A stretch of DNA of 64,000 nt from NCBI GenBank assembly GCA_003157745.1, contig PMKM01000242.1, forward strand, positions 67,375 to 131,374, in the 5' to 3' direction. The notes beneath the pieces were generated by a model. It saw only the letters and a list, made by a program, of their open reading frames with translations. It ran no database searches and was not told where the DNA came from. The number at the start of each line of letters is the position of its first letter. Position 1 is the stretch's first letter. A program made the position numbers and the translations under genes. Shown here piece by piece: positions 19,104 through 27,760 of this stretch. The DNA comes from Bryobacterales bacterium. Its GTDB lineage: Bacteria > Acidobacteriota > Terriglobia > Bryobacterales > Bryobacteraceae.

Positions 19104-20353
19104 CCAGCGCACCTTTCAACCAAGAGATACGCGAGAAGGTCTTCTCCAAAGTTGTCGAGACCGTGGCGGAGAAGCTGTACGACCCCGCCTTGAACGGCGT
19201 CGATTGGCCCAAGATCACTGAGGAACGCAGCACGGGGATCGTGTCCAGCGAATCGACCGAACAGTTCGAGCGCCGGATGAACGAACTGATTCGCGAGTTG
19301 CGCGTAAGCCACGCTGGCTTCTTTCACGAGAGCCAGCCGCGCGCGACGGCCAAGGTCTCCATTGGTGCGACGTTCAACAACGAAAGCGACCGCTGGGTAT
19401 TCCAGGATGTCCATGCCGGTGGCCCGGCGCACGCCGCCGGGCTCGTCCCCGGCAACATCCTGCTGGCGGTTGCGGGCAAAGACGCCGCGCCGCCGGAGAT
19501 CCCGTCCTTCGCCATGGGCGAATCGGTGGCTCTCGATGTGGAACGTGCTAACGGCGCCCGCGAGCGGGTTCAGATCCTCATCCCGGTGGCCAAGAACAAG
19601 AAGCATCCAGTGGTCAGCCTCGACCCGCCAAGCTGGAAGCGGCTTGCCGACGGCATCGGATATCTGAAAATCGCGCTGTTTCCCGGCATTGTGGGAATCG
19701 ACGTGGCGCGCGACATCGACCGCGCCGTCTGCGAACTCGACTGCGAAAGGCTGGTCATCGACCTGCGCGGCAACGCCGGTGGCGGTATGGGGAGCCTTCG
19801 CGTGATGAGCTACCTCACCCCGGATCGGCTGCCTGTAGGCTACAGCGTCACCCGCAAGGATTTGGACCGTCCTGGCTTCCGTAAGGATCGCCTTCCAACC
19901 TTCGAGCGGATTCCGGATCTCAAACTGGGGCTGCTGCCTCTTATGATCCGGTTCGCGATCCGCGGGCGGTCGGTAGCCGTGTTTACCGAGGCGAAGGGCG
20001 CACAGCGCTTCCATGGTCGCGTGGCGATTCTGGTCAACGAACATACGGCCAGTTCGAGCGAGATGGTCACGGCGTTTGCATCGGAAAACGGGCTGGCCAC
20101 AGTGGTTGGCAGCCGCACCGCCGGCCGACTGCTCGGCAGCGATTCGTTCCGCGTGGGCTATGGATACCGTCTAGCGCTGCCGGTCGTGGAATACCGGACC
20201 TGGCGGGACGTCCGGCTGGAGAAAAACGGCGTGGCGCCCGACATCGAGGCACCATTTGACGCGAAAGCCCAACGCGAAGGAGTGGATACTCAGTTGGACG
20301 CGGCCATCGCGGCGGTGCAGGCTGGAGCCGCTCAGCGGATCGCGACGGGGTAA
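19100..20353 (+). CDS. S41-family (C-terminal-processing type) peptidase with a PDZ domain; no signal peptide
   Basis: The ATGA overlap with the CHAT gene stop indicates translational coupling. PDZ-like GGPAHAAGLVPGNILLAVAG. S41 motifs DLRGNAGGG and VNEHTASSSEMV (Ser codons 20051-20059). Confidence 0.8.
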   Translation: MTSAPFNQEIREKVFSKVVETVAEKLYDPALNGVDWPKITEERSTGIVSSESTEQFERRMNELIRELRVSHAGFFHESQPRATAKVSIGATFNNESDRWVFQDVHAGGPAHAAGLVPGNILLAVAGKDAAPPEIPSFAMGESVALDVERANGARERVQILIPVAKNKKHPVVSLDPPSWKRLADGIGYLKIALFPGIVGIDVARDIDRAVCELDCERLVIDLRGNAGGGMGSLRVMSYLTPDRLPVGYSVTRKDLDRPGFRKDRLPTFERIPDLKLGLLPLMIRFAIRGRSVAVFTEAKGAQRFHGRVAILVNEHTASSSEMVTAFASENGLATVVGSRTAGRLLGSDSFRVGYGYRLALPVVEYRTWRDVRLEKNGVAPDIEAPFDAKAQREGVDTQLDAAIAAVQAGAAQRIATG

Positions 20354-21018
20354 GTCCGCCAACTCCCGTCCGGGCCATGCACGCCTAGGACGTACGAACC
20401 TGCGGCGAGACGGGAAAAGTCGAAGGCGACCGAAAGGGTGGCCACGTGATCCGCGAACGCCGTGGAAGCCGTGTTCGTCATCACCGCGTGAAGCTCGCTG
20501 TCCATGACCCGAACTTCGTACTTGCCCTCGTCCGATCCCACAGGCAACGAAAGCACCAGCCGGACCGCCTTGCGATCCAGCGTGGCGGCCAATGGCTTGG
20601 ATTGCGGCGCAGCCTCGACCTCGCTGCGCGCCGGGCCGAACGGCCGAAGGTCCACGTTAATGACCGCCGCAACGGTGGTCGGAGGTGCCGGAAGCCGCGT
20701 GCCGCCGGTCCAGAACACGACGCCGCCGATTCCTGCCACCATGACAACCGACGCCAGCACCAACCGGTTCCGCCGAACCAGGCGTTTTCTGGCGGCCATC
20801 GCGACCTGCCGGAGTTCCAGAAACTCCTTGAAACAGGGGGAACAGTGGGAAACGTGCTCCCATGGCTCGTCCTGGATTGGTCTCAGCCGGGCCGCAACCT
20901 CCCGAACGACGTGCTCGCCGGGACACCCCTTACGTTCAGGATTTGGGTAGCTCTTCAGGACCGCCTGCTGTAGCAGGTCCTGGATTTCGTTCGAAAGATC
21001 CTCGGGCGTCTCGGGCAT
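20332..21018 (-). CDS. Zinc-binding anti-sigma-factor-like (ZAS, HxxxCxxC) single-pass membrane protein
   Basis: H55-VSH-C59-SP-C62 fits the ZAS motif. One TM helix (LVLASVVMVAGIGGVVFW) and a ~125-aa beta-rich extracytoplasmic tail. Its 3' end overlaps the convergent S41 gene by 22 nt. Confidence 0.6.
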   Translation of the reverse strand: MPETPEDLSNEIQDLLQQAVLKSYPNPERKGCPGEHVVREVAARLRPIQDEPWEHVSHCSPCFKEFLELRQVAMAARKRLVRRNRLVLASVVMVAGIGGVVFWTGGTRLPAPPTTVAAVINVDLRPFGPARSEVEAAPQSKPLAATLDRKAVRLVLSLPVGSDEGKYEVRVMDSELHAVMTNTASTAFADHVATLSVAFDFSRLAAGSYVLGVHGPDGSWRTYPVAIR

Positions 21019-21174
21019 CGGCTCACGCTATTATGGCATCCAGACAGCGTCGGCGGCGACGCCATATCGACCTTAGATCTCCTATGAGCACTCCGACCCG
21101 CCCGTGGGTTGGATCAGGACTCCGTCCCGGCGCAAGATGTCGTTTACTTTTCAGTCGGCCCAGGGTGTGCGAGA

Positions 21175-24100
21175 CTATGCCGACGCTTGCCGATGCCGCA
21201 ACAACTCGGCCTGGATTGCCTCTGCCTCAACCCGCAGTGCAGCAGCCTTGTCGGGTTGGCCCATCGCTTCGAAGATGATCGCTTGGTTGTGAAGGCTGTT
21301 TCGCAGCACGCTGGGCAGGGGAAGGTCGCGACAGATGGCTTCCTGCCGCTGGGCCAATCCGAGTGCTTCCTGCAATTGGCCTCGAGCATAAAGGATACCG
21401 GCTTGGTCGCCATAAGTCCGCGCCATCCCCTCGCGGTTGCCCAACTCTTCACAGATTCTCTCCTTGCGGAGCAGCAACGTCATGGCGTCATCGAGTTGCC
21501 CCGCAGTCTGGAGGATGGTGGCCTTGTTACCGCAAATCTTCTGCAACCCGTCTCTATCTCCCAAGTCCTCACAGATCTTTTCCTCAGCGTTGTAGAGAGC
21601 CATCGCCTCCCCAAGGTGCCCGCTGTCTACAAGGATCCCGGCCATTCCGCCGTAGCATCTTCCCAAAGCTGCTGGGTCACCCAGCTTTTCGCTGATCTCG
21701 CCTTGTCGCTGAAGGAGCCTCATCGCGTCCGCGAACTGGCCCAGTTCTCGTAAAATTCCAGCCTGGTTGCCGTAACTGTTGGCCAAGCCGTGAGGGTTGC
21801 CGAGTTCCTCATAGATTTTCTCCTGGCGCTGGAACAGCGTCATGGCTGCTTTCGATTGGCCCCAGTCTCTAAGGATCAGGCCCTGATTGCCGTAGCTGGC
21901 TGCCAGATTCGCTTGGTCGCCCAACTCTTCGCAGATCTTCTCTTGCCGTTGCAGTAGTTCCAGTGCCTCGGTGTATTGACCCCATTCGCGAAGGATCGTA
22001 GCCTGATTGCAGTAGCTCCCTTGGAGCCTCGCAGGGTCGCCGAGTTCCTCGCAGATTTTCTCCTGCCGCTTCAGTAGGCTCATAGCCTCCTTAAGCTGTC
22101 CCCACCGGATGAGAATGAGTGCTTGGTTGCCGTAGCTCGACATCAAGCTTCGACGGTCTCCTCGGTCGGTGCAGATTTTCTCTTCTCGACGGTGCAGTGC
22201 CATGGCTTCTTTCAGTTGGCCCCACATTTGGAGGATCAGGGCTTGGTTGCCGTAGCTCGACGCCAGGCCGTCCTGGTCGCCCAATTCCCCGCAGATCTCT
22301 TCCTGGCGATGCAGCAGTTCCATAGCCTCCTTGAGATGCTCCCCGCCCATCAGGAGCAGTATTCCAGCCCGAGTGCCGTAGCTACTCGCCAAGCCGGCGC
22401 GGTCATTCAACTCTTCGCAGATCTTCTCCCCACGCTGGAGCAGCGCCACGGCTTCTGTCAGTCGGTGGCGGTCTATGAGAATCAAAGCTTGATTAAGGTA
22501 GCTCAGTGCCAAACGCTGCCGGTCGCCCAGCTCCTCGCAGGTCTCTTCCTGGCGGTGAAGAAGGTCCATGGCCTCACTCAATTGGCCCCATGACTTTAGA
22601 ATCAAAGCCTGATTGCCATAGCTTGATGCCAGGCTAGCGCGGTCCCCTAACTCTTCGCAGATCTTTGCCCCGCGCTGGAGGAGGACCATTGCCTCCTTGA
22701 GTTGGCCCCGCGCCTTGAGGATCAGCGCCTGGTTACCGTAGCTAGACGCCAGCCCGGAACGGTCACCCAACTCCTCGTAGATCTTCTCCTGTTGGTGCAG
22801 CAACGCCATGGCTTCGCCTAACCGGTCCCAACCCAGGAGGATGCTTGCTTGGTTGCCATAGCTTGCTGCGAGTCCGGAGCGATCGCCAATCTCCTCTCGG
22901 ATCTTGTCCCCAAGCTGATGCAGTTCCATAGCATCCTTAAGACGCCCCCAGGTCTCTAAAATGAGGGCTTGGCTGCCGTAGCTCGATGCCATGCCGGCGC
23001 GGTCACCCAGCTCCTCACAGATTTGCTGTTCGCGCTGAAGGAGGTTCATTGCCTCTCGCAGCTGGCCCCAGGCCTTAAGGATTAGTGCTTGGCTGCCGTA
23101 GCTCTGCGCCAGATAAGCCCTGTCGCCTAAATCCTCCAAGATCTCTTCCTCGCGTTTGAGAAATGTTAGTGCTTCACTGAGACGTCCCCATTCTTTGAGG
23201 ATGATGGCTTGATTGCGGTAGCTAGATGCCGTGCCTACCGAATCGCCCAATTCTTTGTAGATCGCCTCTTCTCGCTGGTGCAGGGTCATCGCCTCTTGTA
23301 ATTGCCCCTGTTGCAAGAGAATGATGCCTTGAAAACCGTAGCTCCTCGCGAGAAGCTCGCGGTTGCCTGTTTCCTCGCAAATCTTCTGTTGGCGCTGGAC
23401 CAGCGTCATTGCCTCATTGAGCCGGCCCCAAACTTGAAGGACCATGGCCTGGTTGCCGTAGCTCGCGGCCACCTGTTCGCGGTGGCCTGATTTCTCGAAT
23501 ACGGCTTCGGCCACCTGCATCACCTGAATGGCATCTGCGAGGCGCCCACGACGGTGAAGCAAGCAAAAGCCATCAGATGCCAGGTGGTTGAACATTGTGA
23601 GTCGTTCGGGAGGGGGTGGTGTTCCGCATTGGGTCCACTCGATGGCCGACCGCCAGTCGGCCAAATCGTCCTCACACTCGCGCCAACGCTCCTCCCACGC
23701 CTGAAAACTCCGTTCGATCGCTTTGGCGTGGCAGTCTTGCATAGTCGAGTCCTGGCCTGCTTCCGCACGGACTAAAGAGTGTAGACGGTAACGGCCTTTC
23801 TCGCGGTCAAGCACTTCGACAAGGGAGCGCGAATATAGGTCCTGCAAGTGATCGAGCGCGGTCCTTTCATCCATTCCGGCAACTTCCGCAGCTAGACTAA
23901 GCCGAAAGCCAGACGCCGCGCAAATCGCCATCGCGTCCAGGAGTCTGCGAGAATCCGGCCCCACGCTTGTGATTGCGGTACTCAGCAGTCTGCCGACGTC
24001 TAGATCGCCATGAGCAAGTTTGTTCAGGTTTGTTTCTTTGAGCAGGCGGTCCAGGCTGAAGCGTAAGTCATTCTTTAGCAGGCCCGCGGCTACAGCTACA

Positions 24101-25323
24101 GCGATTGGGAGGTGCCCAAGCGACTCCGAGAGCCTTAGATAATCGGATTCGCGCCGCGTTACTTCCGTCGGACCGAGATGTGCCCGGAGCAAATCGAGGC
24201 ACTCTCCGGATGTGAAGACACCAAACTCCGGCGGTCGAAATCGCGTTAAGAACGGCAGACCCGATAGGCGAGTGGTGATCAGAACCGAGCAACGCCCGCC
24301 AGGTATGAGTGCTGCAAAATCGTTTGATTCGACGCTGTCCAGGACGAGAAGGTAATGTCTAGCCTTGCAACGGAGACCAAGCTCGCGTAGCTGAACGTCT
24401 ATTGGTATGCTCGTTTCGATCCCGAGTTGGGCCGACAGCCCGGATACCGCAGACGACAGCTTCAGTCCTGCGCAGTTGAGCCAGTAAACACCTTCGAAGT
24501 CAGGCTTAAAGCGGTGCGCGAATGCGACCACAAGGCTCGTCTTGCCTAAGCCAGGCATTCCAATTACCGGCACAACCGCGCCGGGCTCGGCCAGTCGTCC
24601 ACGGAGAGCTTCGAGAGCGTTTGTCCGTCCGACGAACCAGTCCGGTTCGCTCGGCGCGAAGAAGGCCGGGTCGATAAGAGCTGGTTGTTGTGGCATAAGC
24701 TCGCGAAGCTCCTTCAATACAATGCCGAGCTTGATGTAAAGGGCGGCCACGGTTTGCACGTTAAAAATGTCACGCAGCTCAGGCACGGACTTCAATTGAT
24801 CGGCGAAATAGCGGCTGATCTGCTTGAACCAGTCTTCGGAGAGCGCGCTCGTCACCGATTGTGGAGGTGGGCCGAGCTTCGCTTCGACCCACTCGCTCAC
24901 GAGCATCGTAGCGAGCGATTCGCGAAGACGGGCTACAGCCGCGGTTGCAGCCGACTCTTGGACGTCCGGTTCCACCACGAGAGACGGCTCCCAGTCGCCG
25001 AGTGGCAGCGGCGGTACGTAGAGCTTGTCCTTCAGTTTCTCTCTTTCTACGCCTAGCCATTTCAGCGCACTCTTCAGCCACTCGACCGTGTCGGCCGCAG
25101 TTAAGCTGGAGCCAGCATCGTGCCGCGGTCGGTCGAGCAGATCCTTGGTGGCGGCAAGATACGCCTCCCGCAAAGCCCGCTGAAGATGATGATTGGCCGG
25201 CTGGCCCTCGCCGCGTATCCAGTCCCGAATCTTAGGTGCGGCCTTGCACGCAACGGCGTACGTGGCATTTCCTATTGGCCCGCTGACGGCGGCGGAACCT
25301 ATGAAGAACGTGATGGGATCCAT
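21175..25323 (-). CDS. STAND NTPase: unassigned N-terminal ~220-aa domain, NB-ARC-like P-loop module, and about 19 tandem 40-aa TPR repeats
   Basis: Walker A GMPGLGKT (24541-24561). Walker B-like YLLVLDSVE. The C-terminal repeat consensus is SYGNQALILKaWGQLkEAMxLLqRQEkICEELGDRxGLA. The start is either the ATG at 25323 (MDPITFF) or the TTG at 25341. Confidence 0.85.
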   Translation of the reverse strand: MDPITFFIGSAAVSGPIGNATYAVACKAAPKIRDWIRGEGQPANHHLQRALREAYLAATKDLLDRPRHDAGSSLTAADTVEWLKSALKWLGVEREKLKDKLYVPPLPLGDWEPSLVVEPDVQESAATAAVARLRESLATMLVSEWVEAKLGPPPQSVTSALSEDWFKQISRYFADQLKSVPELRDIFNVQTVAALYIKLGIVLKELRELMPQQPALIDPAFFAPSEPDWFVGRTNALEALRGRLAEPGAVVPVIGMPGLGKTSLVVAFAHRFKPDFEGVYWLNCAGLKLSSAVSGLSAQLGIETSIPIDVQLRELGLRCKARHYLLVLDSVESNDFAALIPGGRCSVLITTRLSGLPFLTRFRPPEFGVFTSGECLDLLRAHLGPTEVTRRESDYLRLSESLGHLPIAVAVAAGLLKNDLRFSLDRLLKETNLNKLAHGDLDVGRLLSTAITSVGPDSRRLLDAMAICAASGFRLSLAAEVAGMDERTALDHLQDLYSRSLVEVLDREKGRYRLHSLVRAEAGQDSTMQDCHAKAIERSFQAWEERWRECEDDLADWRSAIEWTQCGTPPPPERLTMFNHLASDGFCLLHRRGRLADAIQVMQVAEAVFEKSGHREQVAASYGNQAMVLQVWGRLNEAMTLVQRQQKICEETGNRELLARSYGFQGIILLQQGQLQEAMTLHQREEAIYKELGDSVGTASSYRNQAIILKEWGRLSEALTFLKREEEILEDLGDRAYLAQSYGSQALILKAWGQLREAMNLLQREQQICEELGDRAGMASSYGSQALILETWGRLKDAMELHQLGDKIREEIGDRSGLAASYGNQASILLGWDRLGEAMALLHQQEKIYEELGDRSGLASSYGNQALILKARGQLKEAMVLLQRGAKICEELGDRASLASSYGNQALILKSWGQLSEAMDLLHRQEETCEELGDRQRLALSYLNQALILIDRHRLTEAVALLQRGEKICEELNDRAGLASSYGTRAGILLLMGGEHLKEAMELLHRQEEICGELGDQDGLASSYGNQALILQMWGQLKEAMALHRREEKICTDRGDRRSLMSSYGNQALILIRWGQLKEAMSLLKRQEKICEELGDPARLQGSYCNQATILREWGQYTEALELLQRQEKICEELGDQANLAASYGNQGLILRDWGQSKAAMTLFQRQEKIYEELGNPHGLANSYGNQAGILRELGQFADAMRLLQRQGEISEKLGDPAALGRCYGGMAGILVDSGHLGEAMALYNAEEKICEDLGDRDGLQKICGNKATILQTAGQLDDAMTLLLRKERICEELGNREGMARTYGDQAGILYARGQLQEALGLAQRQEAICRDLPLPSVLRNSLHNQAIIFEAMGQPDKAAALRVEAEAIQAELLRHRQASA
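21228..23505 (-). repeat. About 19 tandem 120-bp coding repeats (the TPR array of the STAND gene)
   Basis: Exact 120-bp periodicity is visible. For example, gcttggttgccgtagctcga occurs at 22121 and again at 22241, with related strings at 22861, 22981 and 23101. Confidence 0.85.
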
Positions 25324-25641
25324 GGCGATGCGATCGATCAAGTATATCTTGACTCACGCTGCCAAACAGTACTGGAATTCGACGACAGAAATTCGACCTG
25401 GTGCCGCCGGGTATGTAGCCGCAACGCGCCCTTCCGCAATGGAGCAACTACCACATGGCCCCTTTCCGCTAACATCCCAGAGAAGGCCAGTCAGTTCGAT
25501 TCCTCTAATCGAGTATTGGGAACACGGCTCCCCTCGCTCTCCGGCAGACGGTTCGTTTCGAACCTTCTCAATCACCAGCAGCTTACGCGGGTGCTAGTCC
25601 TGCGTCAGCACCACTGCGAGGAAAACTGGACTGAATAGTCG

Positions 25642-26238
25642 CTACCGCAGCTTCAGATCTTCCAACGCCTTGTTGAACCACCGCCAGAAGCGCCTCGTGA
25701 CCGCTTTTGGGTTCTGGTCAACGCGCTCCCCGATCTCTATCCATGGAATGCCATAGAGCCACATGTCAAGCGAGTCGTTGACATCTGGCACGTCGTGCTC
25801 GTCGAAGTACTCGCGCAACAGTCGGCGATACTCCTCGGCCTCCGCCTCCGTCTGAACGTCAGAGGCTGAACGCAGTTTCCGCACCAGACTGGCGAGCAGG
25901 GCTTGTTCGCGGCGCCGGGCGTTTCGCCCGCCGTCACGGAGATCTAGTGCCGCCCATTGGGCATAGGACCAAATCCGGGAACTGGGATTGCGCCCAAGTT
26001 CGTCTCCGTGGCTGCCCCAGACAGCGTGGACGGACTTCTCCGCCACCTCTGAGACACACCAGACGTCCTTGAGAACCCTCCTGGAGAGAGCGCGCAGCGG
26101 ATCGGCAATTGGGACTACAGCTTCAAGCCAACCGCGATTGATAGGCAGACCGTTACGGTCCGTGTCATTGATGCAAATCGGGATGACAAGGGCATCCCGG
26201 AGTGGGTCGTAGTCGAAAGGGATGGTGACGATAGCCAT
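25642..26238 (-). CDS. Hypothetical protein with a C-terminal sigma-70 region-4-like HTH
   Basis: ATG at 26238. The C-terminal GIPWIEIGERVDQNPKAVTRRFWRWFNKALEDL resembles region 4.2 of ECF sigma factors. The N-terminal 130 aa are unassigned and no region 2 was recognised. Confidence 0.45.
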   Translation of the reverse strand: MAIVTIPFDYDPLRDALVIPICINDTDRNGLPINRGWLEAVVPIADPLRALSRRVLKDVWCVSEVAEKSVHAVWGSHGDELGRNPSSRIWSYAQWAALDLRDGGRNARRREQALLASLVRKLRSASDVQTEAEAEEYRRLLREYFDEHDVPDVNDSLDMWLYGIPWIEIGERVDQNPKAVTRRFWRWFNKALEDLKLR

Positions 26239-26367
26239 GCTTCATTTCCAAAGCAAAGTTTTTTTGGCCGCGATTGTCTCAATTTGCGCATCGCACGCCC
26301 TTTCCTGTACGGGACGACCGAGTCCTATACGTTGATTAGCAATATACCACGGACGGCGATTAGACCA

Positions 26368-27396
26368 ATGCCCACTTTAGTAATGGTCGGGGACGAACAG
26401 AGACAGCGCTTTGAAGCGAAGCTGCGCCGGGAATTGGGCGAGACCGTACTTAACTTACTTAATGACCGACGGACCGAGGATATTCTCCTCAATCCTGATT
26501 CCGTCCTGTGGTCCAAGAGGATGGGCGAAGGCTTCGCCCCTGTCGGCAAGATCCCGCCGGCACAAGCGGTCAGTGCGATGAACACCATCGCCGCCTGGAA
26601 AGGCACGGTCATGAATCATGACCGGCCGATCCTGGAGACCGAATTGCCGCTCGATGGCAGCCGATTCGAAGGCATCATTTCGCCTGTCGTGCAGCAGCCG
26701 ATTTTCGCGATTCGTCTGCGTCCGCGTCGAATATTCACGCTCGACGAGTACGAGCTGAGTAGCATTCTCACCCACAAGGCCGACCCGCTAAACCGCCTCC
26801 GAGGTAAGGACCGCTTCCGTGAGTCGCTCGAAGGACTCACTCACGCTGAGATCATCCGCGCCGCTGTGCGGGCAAAGAAGAACATCCTGGTGGTGGGCTC
26901 GACCGGCTCCGGCAAGACCACGCTGGTGAACGCCATCCTCGACGCACAGGCGCAGATCGCGCCCAATGACCGCGTGATCTCCATTGAAGACACCACAGAG
27001 CTGCAATGCGCGGTGAAGAACTGCGTCGATCTCCGTGCGGTGGGTGCAGTCACCATGATGGACTGCCTGCGCGCCTGCATGCGTCTGAAGCCCACGCGTA
27101 TCGTGGTCGGCGAAGTCCGCGGCGCGGAAGCACACACCATGCTCAAGGCGTGGAACACTGGGCACCCTGGCGGCGCTGCAACAGTCCACGCCAACGACGC
27201 GCTCAGCGGGCTGATCCGCCTCGAAAGCCTTGTGGCCGAAGCCACCGCCGCGCCGCAACAGAGTCTCATCGCCGAAGCCATCGACCTGGTCATCTTCGTC
27301 GATGAAGAACCGGACCTGGCCGCCGGCCGCAAGGTCCGCGAGTTAGCCCTCGTCACCGGATACCGCGACGGGCGGTACGAAGTCGAGTATGTCTGA
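26368..27396 (+). CDS. trbB: P-type conjugative transfer ATPase TrbB (VirB11 family)
   Basis: Walker A GSTGSGKTT. RIVVGEVRGAEAHTMLKAWNTGHPGG is the VirB11 His-box region. First gene of the trb operon. The ATG at 26368 is preferred over the TTG at 26284. Confidence 0.9.
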   Translation: MPTLVMVGDEQRQRFEAKLRRELGETVLNLLNDRRTEDILLNPDSVLWSKRMGEGFAPVGKIPPAQAVSAMNTIAAWKGTVMNHDRPILETELPLDGSRFEGIISPVVQQPIFAIRLRPRRIFTLDEYELSSILTHKADPLNRLRGKDRFRESLEGLTHAEIIRAAVRAKKNILVVGSTGSGKTTLVNAILDAQAQIAPNDRVISIEDTTELQCAVKNCVDLRAVGAVTMMDCLRACMRLKPTRIVVGEVRGAEAHTMLKAWNTGHPGGAATVHANDALSGLIRLESLVAEATAAPQQSLIAEAIDLVIFVDEEPDLAAGRKVRELALVTGYRDGRYEVEYV

Positions 27397-27418
27397 ACCA
27401 ACCTTCAGGAGGTTATTG

Positions 27419-27757
27419 ATGCACTTCACTCAAACGATCCGCCGCGCAGGACGCGGCATCAACCATCACGCGCTCATGGCCCTGGTGCTCGGGTTCTGCG
27501 CGCAACTCCACGCTTCGTCGTCGGGCACGCTTCCGTGGGAGAAGCCGATGACGACCATAGCCACCTCGCTTACCGGCCCGGTGGCCTATGCGATCGGGCT
27601 GATCGGCATCGCGATTGCCGGCGGCACGATGCTCTGGGGTGGTGAACTCACCGAGTTCGGCCGGCGCGCCTGCATGATCGGCCTGGTCGTGTCGGTGTTG
27701 GTATTCGCCGCGCCAATGTTATCCAGCGCGTTCGGCGTCTCGGCGGCGGTGGTGTAA
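27419..27757 (+). CDS. trbC: TrbC/VirB2 pilin precursor
   Basis: The ATG at 27419 lies 6 nt after AGGAGG. It has a long leader and two hydrophobic helices (GPVAYAIGLIGIAIAGG, CMIGLVVSVLVFAAPML). Positioned after trbB. Confidence 0.85.
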   Translation: MHFTQTIRRAGRGINHHALMALVLGFCAQLHASSSGTLPWEKPMTTIATSLTGPVAYAIGLIGIAIAGGTMLWGGELTEFGRRACMIGLVVSVLVFAAPMLSSAFGVSAAVV

Positions 27758-27760
27758 GGT

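Noticed and set aside
21228-23505. Regular 120-bp repeats that might be taken for a CRISPR-like or other non-coding array
   Set aside because: The repeats are in frame inside a 1388-aa ORF and translate to canonical TPR units. There are no unique spacers and no cas genes. No CRISPR array is present anywhere in the window.
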